The notes beneath the pieces were generated by a model. It did no database searches and had not been told where the DNA came from. It saw only the letters and a list, made by a program, of their open reading frames with translations. A stretch of DNA of 44,351 nt from Chiloscyllium plagiosum (lineage: Eukaryota). Location: NCBI RefSeq assembly GCF_004010195.1, contig NC_057718.1, positions 53,214,138-53,258,488 of the forward strand, read 5' to 3'. Below are positions 1 to 10,195 of this stretch, in pieces. Within the stretch, counting starts at the first letter, position 1. Each line of letters opens with the position of its first letter. The position numbers and the translations under genes were made by a program.

Positions 1-508
1 GGAGTGAGGCCTGGAGCAGCACGAGGGGAATGGGGCCTGGAGCAGCACGAGGGGAATGGGGCCTGGAGCAGCACGAGGGGAATGGGGCCTGGAGCAGCAC
101 GAGGGGAATGGGGCCTGGAGCAGCACGAGGGGAATGGGGCCTGGAGCAGCACGAGGGGAGTGAGGCCTGGAGCAGCACGAGGGGAATGGGGCCTGGAGCA
201 GCACGAGGGGAATGGGGCCTGGAGCAGCACGAGGGGAATGGGGCCCGGAACAACACGAGGGGAGCGAGGCCTGGAGCAGCACGAGGGGAGCGAGGCCTGG
301 AGCAGCACGAGGGGAGCGGGTACTGGAGCAGCACGAGGGCAGCGGGTCCTGGAGCTGCACGATTGGAGTGAGGCCTGGAGCAGCACGAGGGCTGTGAGGC
401 CTGAAGCAGCACGAGGGGAGTGAAGCCTGGAACAGCACGAGGGGAGTGAAGCCTGTTGCAGCACGAGGGGAGCGGGTACTGGAACAGCACGAGGGGAGCG
501 AGTCCTGG
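1..508. repeat. GC-rich minisatellite, 26-bp unit (GGGGAATGGGGCCTGGAGCAGCACGA), about 19 copies, truncated by the window start
   Basis: CCTGGAGCAGCACGA recurs at 10, 36, 62 and onward with period 26. Units diverge after about position 240. Confidence 0.97.
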
Positions 509-900
509 GCAGAGGCCAGCTTGGCGGAGGCAGTTCTGGAACTTACCTTGGATTAGCTGAATGCTGTTACAGAGCGGACTGGAGGCTTGAAGTTGAGTGG
601 CGACAGCTGTTGGACTGGGGTCTGACATGGGCAGTCAGACCACATGCAGAGGGCCTGTGCTGAGCTGCTGCACTGTCATGTTTAATTGAAATTTTGTACC
701 TGACTGTAATGTCAATCCTTTAATGATCTCTTATTTCTAACTTACGTTTCAAACTCTGTAAAGTAATGCTACTGCTTGTTATTCCTATCTTGTATCCAAG
801 ATTTGTACCTAGGTACTTGTACCTAAGATGGTATTGTAAGAGGCAGACATTGTAAAAGCTTTTCACTGTCATTCTAAAATGGAGTACTCGTGACAAGAAA
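509..900 (+). mobile_element. Probable 3' part of a non-autonomous retroposon attached to the VNTR, with a Rex1-like tail
   Basis: 859-896 CTTTTCACTGTC...GTACTCGTGACAA resembles the Rex1 tail ACTTTTCACTGTACTTAGGTACTTGTGATAA (reverse complement of 10225-10255). Confidence 0.4.
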
Positions 901-995
901 GGAGCAGCGCGAGGGCTGTGAGGCTATTCTATTCTGTAAGGTAGTGGTTCTTAAAGGGTTAAGGTTGGAGACCATGGTGATCAGCAATGGACACC

Positions 996-1195
996 ATTGA
1001 TTGATTCGTTGATTTATTGTTATTACATGTACCGAGATACAGTGAGAAGTGTTGTTTTGCATGCTATACACGCAGATCATACCGTACTAAGTGCATCAGG
1101 GCAGTCAAACAGAATGCAGAATATAGTGTTACAGATAAGTTGCACAGAAGGAGATCCGACTTAATATTTGAGAAGTCCTTTCAATAATCTGATAA
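996..1195 (-). mobile_element. Rex1/Babar-like LINE 3' UTR fragment
   Basis: (TTGA)n-like tail followed by ATTTATT..TACATGTACCGAGATACAGTGAGAAGTG..CAGATCATA. It is collinear with 10196-10400, which is contiguous with a Rex1 RT. Confidence 0.7.
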
Positions 1196-2502
1196 TTGAT
1201 TAATATGTACCTTGTCTACAAAGATATTTTACCATGAGGGCATCATAAATATATTAACAATGTCATCAATCCAATTCAGACACACACTTCCAGTTGGGTC
1301 CCCCATGGATAGAGGTGCTCAATTGGAATTGAACCCTGTTAAGTTTTCTCTTATCCAACTTAAATGTATTCAACGTGCTCAAAAGCATTGTGGTGAAAAA
1401 GAATTTCAAAATATAACTTTAACAGTTATTTTCCAAGGAGCAGAGTGAAAACCATTTCCCAAACCAACCATGGAATCAGACCATATAATAATAACAAATG
1501 ATCAAATTTGTCTCCTGATTTAATTCAAATCAAGGTTTTGGAATAATATACATTGATTGAAAAGAAAGATTCAAGGATGCAGCAACGCTACAATAAATGT
1601 GTACAACATGTTTTTGGCAATGGGAAAGGTGATCTTCCACTGCAATAAAGCAAGAAGAATTTTCTTAATTGTCAAATAATGATTCATGTTTTAATCGGAG
1701 TTTTTATTCTCAATGAATATATGTAACATGTATGAGAAATCTGCTCATTAGTTTTAATACCAGTTGACACTTTTAATGCAGACCTACAACATTTTTAATG
1801 TAAGGATCTAAGAAGTTGTGGAATGAAGGAAGATAATTGGTCATTTCCCAGTCACTCGTTTGAACAGGCAAAACTTCATCATAACGTGGTTAGAATGCAA
1901 TCCGGTAGCTTACCTCTTCAGAAATCTATCAGATTTTAGAAATCACGCCAAGTTACACACAGGTATATATGTAGCTCTTGTGGTGCACTTACTAGAGGGC
2001 TAGTAGACTAATGTTCAAGTCTCAACTGTTCCTGTGAGGCATCACAACATGTGGGAACAGGCTGATTAAAAATATCAACAAGCAGCTCTTTAAATGAAAT
2101 AGCCCCTTTAAAAGCTTTACTACATCTAGTGTTCCTCTCTGCATTCACATAAAGAGAGGCTCCTTAAAATTCTTCCAAAACACCTCATACCATTTTTCAA
2201 AAAATTCAGCTTAAAAGATGTATTCAACAAAAATAAGGAAGTTAACAAGACACAGATGTCTTAAAAGTATAACTGATACCTATGAATTGTATGAAATGTT
2301 ATTCTGTAAGGAGATAGATTTTTAAATGTTCTCCATTTTTATGGGTATTGGTGAATCTTTGGCTATTATCGGGAAGTAATTAACATTTCTTCAGAAGATG
2401 ATTAGGATTCATTGTGATGAGGTGTGCTTGAAAAATACCCGAGGAAGGAATAATGGAAATGCAAATTCAAGACTTTTCCAAGAATATCTTCCACAAAATC
2501 AA

Positions 2503-5198
2503 TGCTCAGTGACAGTAACTCATAATGCATCGACTCAGCTAAGATCTTGAGGACCTGGTTTTGAATTGCACCATGGTGGATGGTAGATTGAATTCAGTAA
2601 AAAAAACTGAAATGATGTGTTCAATGATGACAGTGAAACCATTGTCATTTGATGTAAAATCCCAACTGGTACACTGCAGTCTTCAAGGAAAATAAAACTC
2701 GCATCCTTACCTCAGCTGGCCTACAATTGACTCCAGACTTACAGCAATACAGGTAGCACATAACTGATCTCTGCAAGCCACTCAGCTGCATTGATCACAA
2801 AACAAATCTCAAAAAGGAACTGAGCCAGATGGATCACCTGGTGTAATCGAAACACCGGAAATGACAATGGGAAATGTAACTTCATTGACCCTGTAAAGTC
2901 CTTCTTACCAACAATGCAAAAATGATCATTATCACCAGCTCTAATCTGTCCTGTCCCACTGACATGAAAGACCCAGATGCAGTTACTGTGCAGTTGTATA
3001 CACTTGGCGAGGAGTTGCCCTGGAAGGACTCCAGATGAACTTTGGACCCCTTGACATTTTATGGCATCAGTTCAAACATGAGCAAGAAATCACCCTGCTG
3101 AATTACCACATACTGTGCAACCTCAGCTGATAAATCAGCACTCCTTCATGTTGACCACATATTGGACAAGAGCACTCTGAATATATCCTGAGTGAGCAAT
3201 CTTCTGTGTCCATCACCGAGAGAGGGTCAGTAACACAACTGCTGACAGAGCTTACTCAGCGTTAAAGAACCTAATGGCTGCAGCAAGTAGTAAGGGAACC
3301 AAGGAAGGAAAAGCATACTGCACCTCACCTTCATCAATTCGCCTGCTGCAGAAGCATCTATCCTTGATAGTGAGAGTGAGAGTGACCAAACAAAGTCTTT
3401 GTGAAGACGGGATCCTGCCTTCAATTGAGAACACCCTCCAAATGTGTTGTGTGGCACTATACCACCATAACAATTGGAGTACATCATTTCAGTTGTGAAT
3501 GGGTGGACAATTAAACAACTCACTGGAGACAGAGGAGACTCTACAAATATCCCCATCCTCAATGATGGGAGATTCACCAGGGCAGAAGACAGGCTGAAGC
3601 ATTTGCAGCAATTTTCAACCTGTGCTGAGTGTATCTTGGCCTCCTCCAGTGATCCTCAACATCACAGATCCCAGTTTTCACACAATTCAATTCAGTCCTC
3701 ATGATGTGAAGGAATGGCAGAAGGCACGAGATGCTGTAAAGACTATGGCCCTGACAGCATTCCAGTAGTAGTATTGAACACTTATACTCCAGAACTGGCT
3801 GAGCCTTGAGCTAAGTTGCTCCACTACAGCTAAAACGCTGGCATCTGCCTATCAATATGGAAAATTGTCCAGGTGCTGTTCCCAAAAAACATAACAAATC
3901 CAATCCAATTACCACACCAGCAATCATCAGCAAAGTGAGGGATGAAGTGATCAACACATCCACTAAGCAGCACTTGCTTAGCAATAATCTGCTCGCTGTC
4001 ACCCAGTTTGAGTTCTGTGAGGGCCACTTAGCTCTTGACCACATTACAGCCTCGATTAAAAAATGGGCGAAAGAGCTATATTTTAGGGGTGAGATGATAA
4101 TAACTGCCTTTCACATCAAGATTAAGTAAGGCATCAGGAACCCCAGCAGAACGTGAGTCAATGGGAATTGTGGGAAAACTCTCCACTGTTTGGAGTCGTA
4201 TCTAGTACAAAGATAGATTCCTGAGGTTATTGGAGGTTGATCATCTCAGCTCCAGGATGTCTTTGTAGGATTCCTCAGATTATGTCCTTAGCCCAACCAT
4301 CTTCTGTTGCTTCATTGATGACCTTCCCTCCATCTTAATGTCAGTAATAAGGTTGTTCACTGATGATAACACAATGTCCAGGTACTGAAGTAGTCCTTGT
4401 TCAAATGCTCTAATTTCTGGAAAATTTCCAGATTTGAGCTGACAAACAGTAAGTAACTATTTCACCATGCAAGTGCCAGGTAAATGACCATTCCCAACAA
4501 AAGAAAATCAATCTATCATCCTTTGACTTTGAATGAGCACTACACTTGTAATAAATGTCCTCTACTTGCCTGGGTGAGTGCAGCTAGGTGAAAGTGAGGA
4601 CTGCAGATGCTGGAGTGCCAGAGTTGAAAAATGTGGTGCTGGAAAAACACAGCAGGTCAGGCAGCATCCGAGGAGCAGGAGAATTGACGTTTTGGGCATA
4701 AGTCCTTCTTCAGGATTCCTGAAGACGCAGCTCCAACAACACTCAGGATGCTTATCACCATGCACAACAAAGCAGCTCACTTGATTGGCACTACATCCAC
4801 AAACATCCAAATCCTCACCACCAATGCTCAGTAGCAAATGTCATACCTTTTGCAAGATGCATTGCAGAAATTCACCATGTTTCGTTTAAGGACACCTTCC
4901 AATTCCAACACCATTATTCTGTAAAAGAACAAAAGCAGCAGTGAACATGAGAACACCACTACTCATGGTGTTACCCTCCATGTCACACATCATGCTGGTT
5001 TGGAAACATATTGTTGTTCTTTTACTGTCAAAATTCTGGAACTCCCTTACTAATATCACTGTGGTCTATCTACACCTAAAGGACTACAGCAGTTGAATAA
5101 AGCAGCTCACCTTCAGTTTCTCAAGGACAACTGGATAATAGATGGACAATAAATGCTAGCCCCAGCCAGTGAAGGCCCACATCCCATGAATGAATGAA
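2503..5198 (+). mobile_element. Decayed CR1-group (L2-like) LINE with a tRNA-like 5' head, EN/RT remnant and (TGAA)n tail
   Basis: RT remnant at about 4265-4370 reads G.PQ..VLSPTIFCCFIDDLPS...LFTDD. A GPDSIP linker lies at about 3747-3765. The tail ATGAATGAATGA is at 5186-5197. A perfect 10-bp TSD ACAAAATCAA flanks it at 2493-2502 and 5199-5208. Confidence 0.85.
4586..4726 (-). mobile_element. Short Penelope-derived element inserted into the LINE, with a decayed hammerhead core
   Basis: TSD GCAGCT at 4580-4585 and 4727-4732. The minus strand reads CTGAAGA-AGGACTTATGCCC-AAAACGTC. A 9-bp fold-back TCTTCAGGA-T-TCCTGAAGA lies at 4707-4725. Confidence 0.8.
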
Positions 5199-5965
5199 AC
5201 AAAATCAAATTTCTGCACAAATGGGCTTGTGTGTGAATTCCCTCTTGGCAATGTAATGGGTGCAAGGTCAACCCACCAGCATGAGACCTGTGGACATTTT
5301 GAACATTTGAGTTTCTGTGTGCTGGGCCAGCTAGGCCACAGTTCAATGAAGTTAATTAAGTTGGGCAACCTCTCCTGGCCCTGTGAACATTAGTGTAGTC
5401 ATCCCAACAGATCTGGGGAATGCACATCTTGGTGTTTATATCTAGAGTCATCACACCAAACCTTTCAGGTCTGTGTTTCTGAAATTAAAAAAAAAGACAC
5501 TATCTGGACTTAACTGAATCTGCTTTCCACTTTTACAAACTGGACATTAGTGGTTTTTAAATCAGCTGTCATATCAGTTTTTTATCAAGTGAGTTCATTT
5601 TACAGGCTGGTTTTAACCTGACTCGGAGAAACCAGGAGAGAAATCTGACCTTTCAACATTAATGCTCACTTTGTACCTCTGAAGTGTCACTTTAATTAAT
5701 CAAACAATGGTTAGCAATGTTACCGCAGCTCAGGAAAATGGGAACCAGAAGGAAATTAAATGAAGTAATGGACCTGTTTAGACCCATTCACTGAATTAGC
5801 CATTTATGGATTTTGAAAACTGTAACATGGCATTAAAATCAATGTTCTAGCTTTTAAATGCAATCAAGCTCTAAGTTCTGAAATAAGAAACAAAACGTAA
5901 ACTATAATTTGATTTTGTTTAAAAATCTACATTACCTATTAGAGTCGTTGATAGTGAGGTTTTAT

Positions 5966-6288
5966 TTAGATTAGATTAGATTACTTACAGTGTGGAAACA
6001 GGCCCTTCAGCCCAACAAGTCCACACTAACGTGCCGAAGCGCAACCCACCCAGACCCATTCCCCTATATTTACCCCTTCACCTAACACTACGGGCAATTT
6101 AACTTGGCCAATTCACCTAACCTGCACATTTTTGGATTGTGGGAGGAAACCGGAGCACCCGGAGGAAACCCACGCAGACACGGGGAGAACACGCAAACTC
6201 CACACAGAGTCGCCTGAGGCGGGAATTGAACCCGGGTCTCTGGCGCTGTGAGGCAGCAGGGATAACCACTGTGCCACCGTGCCGCCCC
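5966..6288 (-). mobile_element. HE1-type tRNA-derived V-SINE, full length and young
   Basis: Minus strand shows box A TGGCACAGTGG (6266-6276), box B GGTTCAATTCC (about 6222-6232), the V-domain GTGGGTTTCCTCCGGGTGCTCCGGTTTCCTCCCAC, a CR1-like 3' end and a (TAATC)n tail. CpGs are retained. Confidence 0.92.
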
Positions 6289-6739
6289 AAATTTACATTG
6301 CTTCAAAATGTTACACAATGATTCTGGCAATATTTGCAGCATTATGTTAAATGTTTTGATCAAAGTAGTTTAGCAGAGCTGAATGGCTAGAATGTGTATG
6401 CTATCTAAGAAATTAAACTGTAGTCTTTAAAAAGTCAAGTGTGGCTGATGACTGCAGGAGTGAGCTAGGATTGCAGCTGGTAAGCAAGAAAGTGTTGGAA
6501 TCACATGGTTCACTGTTAGAGACACAATGCAAGGCTCATGTATATTTTAGAATCCAAGCAAGAGTAAAGTGCTTTTTCACTGGAGGATCTGGCATTGACA
6601 ATAGAACCAAGCGAAAAGGGTGGAGAAACAAACAAAAAAAATCAGTTGAAAATTTCAACAGTTGACTTCCCTATTCCCCTGTGGGTGTTGAACATGGTAA
6701 ACACCATGGTGGCTAACAAGTGCAGCAAGCTTCAAAAGG

Positions 6740-6855
6740 GTTTCTCTTGAGACATAACGAGGTTGTACCGGCACTGCCCGCTAACAATCTCAACCCTAGA
6801 ACTGCAGGCCAGTGCTGTAAGAAGGTCAATGACATGACTAAACTACAAGAGGTGG
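6740..6855 (+). pseudogene. Myb/SANT-like DNA-binding domain remnant (Harbinger ORF2-type)
   Basis: ORF 6720..6917 contains EVVPALPANNLNPRTAGQCCKKVNDM, matching the Myb/SANT-like pattern EVAxxVxAxxxxPRTxxQCRKKxNDL. Confidence 0.6.
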
Positions 6856-7114
6856 TAAATAGCCAATCCTGCTTCTCTACCTTGGGCACAGTTTTGTGTG
6901 GGAGCTTCCAAGCCTGAAGCACCCTACTAAGGTATTGGGTGTTTGCCTTTCTGATCTAACTGAAGAGTTTTATTGAATAAACAGTTTTTTGCATAACTGC
7001 AACTATTTACAGGTTACATAAATATGGTCAACATTACAATAGCAACTGCTCACTAGCTGCAAATCTGTTGCCTAAAATCATCTTCTTTAGTCTATGCAAG
7101 TCATGGCATCATCA

Positions 7115-7203
7115 CAGTGGGTGACTTTTACAAAAGTCAATCAAGTATTAACCCTTTCAGTGGGTGACTTTTACAAAACTCAATCAAGTATTAACCCTTT
7201 CAG
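7115..7203. repeat. 43-bp tandem duplication (2 copies, 1 mismatch)
   Basis: CAGTGGGTGACTTTTACAAAA(G/C)TCAATCAAGTATTAACCCTTT starts at 7115 and again at 7158. Confidence 0.95.
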
Positions 7204-7989
7204 ATTCATAAACTTCAAGCATGAAGATTCACCACCCTTGAAATTCATGAACCCTTCATTTACTTTTATGGATGGTCTTAAAACTTCGCTCAACACTTTA
7301 ATAGGGTAATATCACGAGTTGTCCCACATCTGCTGTATTGTGCCTTCATTCAAGACAAACTTTCCATTGCAATGGAAGACACTCAATTACATTGCAGGAG
7401 AAGCATGTTCACAATGTCCATAAAAGGAAGCGCACCAACTTTAAGGAGCCCCCCCTTTGCATCTGATTGAGAGACATGTTTCAGTTTTCTAAACTTTAAT
7501 TTGGAGCCTATTAGCTCAGCTTCTTCAAAGCCCATGATCAATAGACAGCAAGCTATTCCAAATTTTCCTATTGTGTGTTTTACAAAAACCTGAAGCAAGC
7601 ATTATATGTCACAGTGATTTAAATACTTTGGACAAGAATTTGTGATCTGACAGTGCATCATTCACTAGAAGCAGAATTTGTGAAATTCTCATCAGTCAGT
7701 GGAGAATGACAATGTGGTCACCAGACGGTGGATTGCAGAGTCATTTCTCATCAGTTATCTACTACTCACAAAACTTATGACACTTGTGGTGATGAAAGAT
7801 AAATGGAATATATGTAATTGCTTAGGATTAGAGAAAAAAATGTCCTTTTATTGTGACCTTGAGATGCTTTAAGACATGTGAAAGTAAAAATAAATAGATA
7901 TCGTGACCAAATACGTTATTTCCTCTTCTCATCCTTTATTTGTAACACATGAAAGTTGAAGAAAATTATTTTTCAATTAAAAAGTGTCA

Positions 7990-8056
7990 AAAAAGGGATG
8001 AAACCAAATGAATCACCTGGCATTGACTAGGGGATCCGAAATGGCAATGGCTGACC
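7990..8056 (+). mobile_element. Small 5' UTR fragment of the 2503-5198 LINE family
   Basis: AAAAAGGGATGAAACCAAATGAATCACCTGG...GAAATGGCAATGG resembles 2811-2870 AAAAAGGAACTGAGCCAGATGGATCACCTGG...GAAATGACAATGG. Confidence 0.6.
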
Positions 8057-8662
8057 TGATGTTCTTCTCGGTAGCAGTTTGGAGGTAGCCATGGAGGATT
8101 GTAATCACTAAGATGACTGGTTGAAATGGCAACTTTAATTCTCTGAAAATCAGGCCAACCTGTATTAACGATTGTTAGTCCTTCTAGCCCTGACCTGTCA
8201 AACCATCACTCCCCCAATCTACTCAATATGACTCTCAATGTCCCAAATGCCTTGCGTACCTGTTCACCCAGTATTGAGCATGTGCAGTGCCAGAGAGATA
8301 TATAACAACAAGGGCAAGCCTTGAAATTCTCATGAATCAACACTGATTGTGAAATCTACTTTTAAAAAAGAAACTGCTCTTACAGCATCTAAAGCATCAA
8401 TCAGACTTGACTGAGCTCCAGGATTCACTAATGGATCAGATTCACATGAATGTGTATATACATAGGCTGAAATGGAGTGCTAGTTTTCATCATTGACATA
8501 TTTCTGAGCTCACAACTAGACAATAATCTGTATTTGATTTTTTTCAATGTCTATTTGTTTGATTGAACCAGCTGAAGAGCTGTAAAGTGTAGCAAAGCTA
8601 TAAAACCTATGAATGTTACTTTATGGTTAACACTTTTATAACATTTTTAGACTGGCAATTCT

Positions 8663-8932
8663 GGGAGACAGTGTCACTGTGGTAACTTTTAATAAAACTT
8701 GGAATGAAAACCTAGACACAGTTATGGTGACCATGACAACTATTAGCAATTGTGGTAAAAACCCACCTCATTCACTGATGTCCTCACCAAGCCTGGCTTA
8801 CATGTGACTCCAGACCCACGTGATGTGATTTACTCTTAATTATTGTTTGAAGTGGCTGACCAAACAATTCAGTTCCATTAGAGATGGGCATCAAATGTTA
8901 ACCTTGCCAGCAATGCCTGGGAACCATAAAAT
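8663..8932 (+). mobile_element. Bipartite SINE-like derivative (5' UTR plus 3' tail) of the 2503-5198 LINE family
   Basis: CTGGCTTACATGTGACTCCAGAC matches 2716-2738, and GAGATGGGCATCAAATG..GCCAGCAATGCC matches 5140-5177. There is no ORF between the two blocks. Confidence 0.7.
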
Positions 8933-9524
8933 AGTTTTCTCAAAGCACATTTTGGAATATGTGTTTATTCATGATGGTTTCAAGGCTTGCAATTGTTATT
9001 TCTTGGTTCAATAGTTGAGAAATTGTTGTATTCTGTGTGAATGTGCATAGAGCATTCAAGGGTTATGAAAAGGAATTACTGCATTGAAGGATCATGAAGA
9101 TAACAAAAGACATTTGAAAAAGGAATGTGGGCATGGTTGGGGATAGGAAATAGCTGGGAGCATGAATATGAGCTCTTAACATTACCTCTTAAAAAGTATC
9201 CCAAATCCTGACATTGATTCATAACATCTCTGAGAGCTAATGAAGCACCAGTATTCAAGAAACAAACAGAACCCACAAAAATTGTGTATTTAGTGGGCTG
9301 TGGTTGAAATGCCAACTGCCCACAGCAGAATTAGCCTAAGTGGAGGTTTCACTACTCGCACCTGATGCCACAGAGTCAAATGTCACTCACAACAAGAATG
9401 GTGCTAGGAATTTGTCCCTCATGACTTTTTAAATCTCTGTTCCTTTCACCTTAAAAATGTGCCACCTAGTCTTGATATCCCCCATCATTCAATTCAAGTG
9501 ATCAATGGATGTAAAGATAAAATC

Positions 9525-10195
9525 TACAAGAGGGTGTTGGTAGAGTGGTGTTGTTGGACTGAAGGCCTGTGAACTGCAGTGTGCTACAAAGATCAGTGCT
9601 GGGTCCACTGTTTGTTTGTCATTTATTTAAATAATTTGAATGAGATTATGGAAGATAAGTTTTCAGGTGACACCAAAGTTCGTGATATAGTGGGCAATGA
9701 AGAAGGCTATCTAAGGTTACAACGAGATCTTGATCAGCTGGGCCAATGGTAGATGGAGTTTACAGTAAATAAATGTGAAGTGTTGCACTTTGATGAGACA
9801 GAACAGGATGAGACTTAAACAATTAATGATAGAACATTAGGGAGTGTTGTAGAGCATGGAAATCAAGGGGTTCAGGTACATAACTCCTTGAAAGTGGTGT
9901 CACAAGTAGACAGGGTGGTGAAGAAAGTATTTGGCACACTTGCTCAGAGCATTGAATTTAGAAGTTGGGACATCATGTTGAGTTTGTCGAAGATATGGAT
10001 GAGGCCATTTTTGGAATGCTGCACACAATTCCGGTCGCTCTGCTATAGAAGTGAAGTTATTAGACTGGAAAAGGTACCGTAAAAATTTACAAGGATATTA
10101 CTGAGACTGGGGGGCTTGAGTTATAAAGAGAGCCTGGACAGGCTGGGACATGTATTTTTGGAGTGTAAGAGTTTGAAGGGCAACCTTACCAAGGT
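9525..10195 (+). mobile_element. CR1 LINE (copy A), 5' part of the ORF2 RT/C-terminal remnant
   Basis: Contains V(P)Q(G)SVLGPL and FSGDTK (FADDTK-like). ORF 9888..10082 KVVSQVDRVVKKVFG..LECCTQF is the CR1 ORF2 C-terminus. It is interrupted at AGGT 10192-10195. Confidence 0.88.

Noticed and set aside
4..423. Three overlapping ORFs with repetitive peptides (GAARGEWGLEQHEG...)
   Set aside because: Artefact of a stop-poor 26-bp repeat cycling through all three frames. There is no evidence of a gene.
1..508. CRISPR-like repeat array
   Set aside because: Units are contiguous with no unique spacers, there are no cas genes, and the context is a vertebrate genome.
6215..6288. tRNA gene
   Set aside because: Box A and box B belong to the SINE head and run straight into the V-domain, so this is not a standalone tRNA.
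6088..6363. ORFs on both strands (..CGVCVFSPCLRGFPPGAPVSSH..)
   Set aside because: These are chance translations of the V-SINE.
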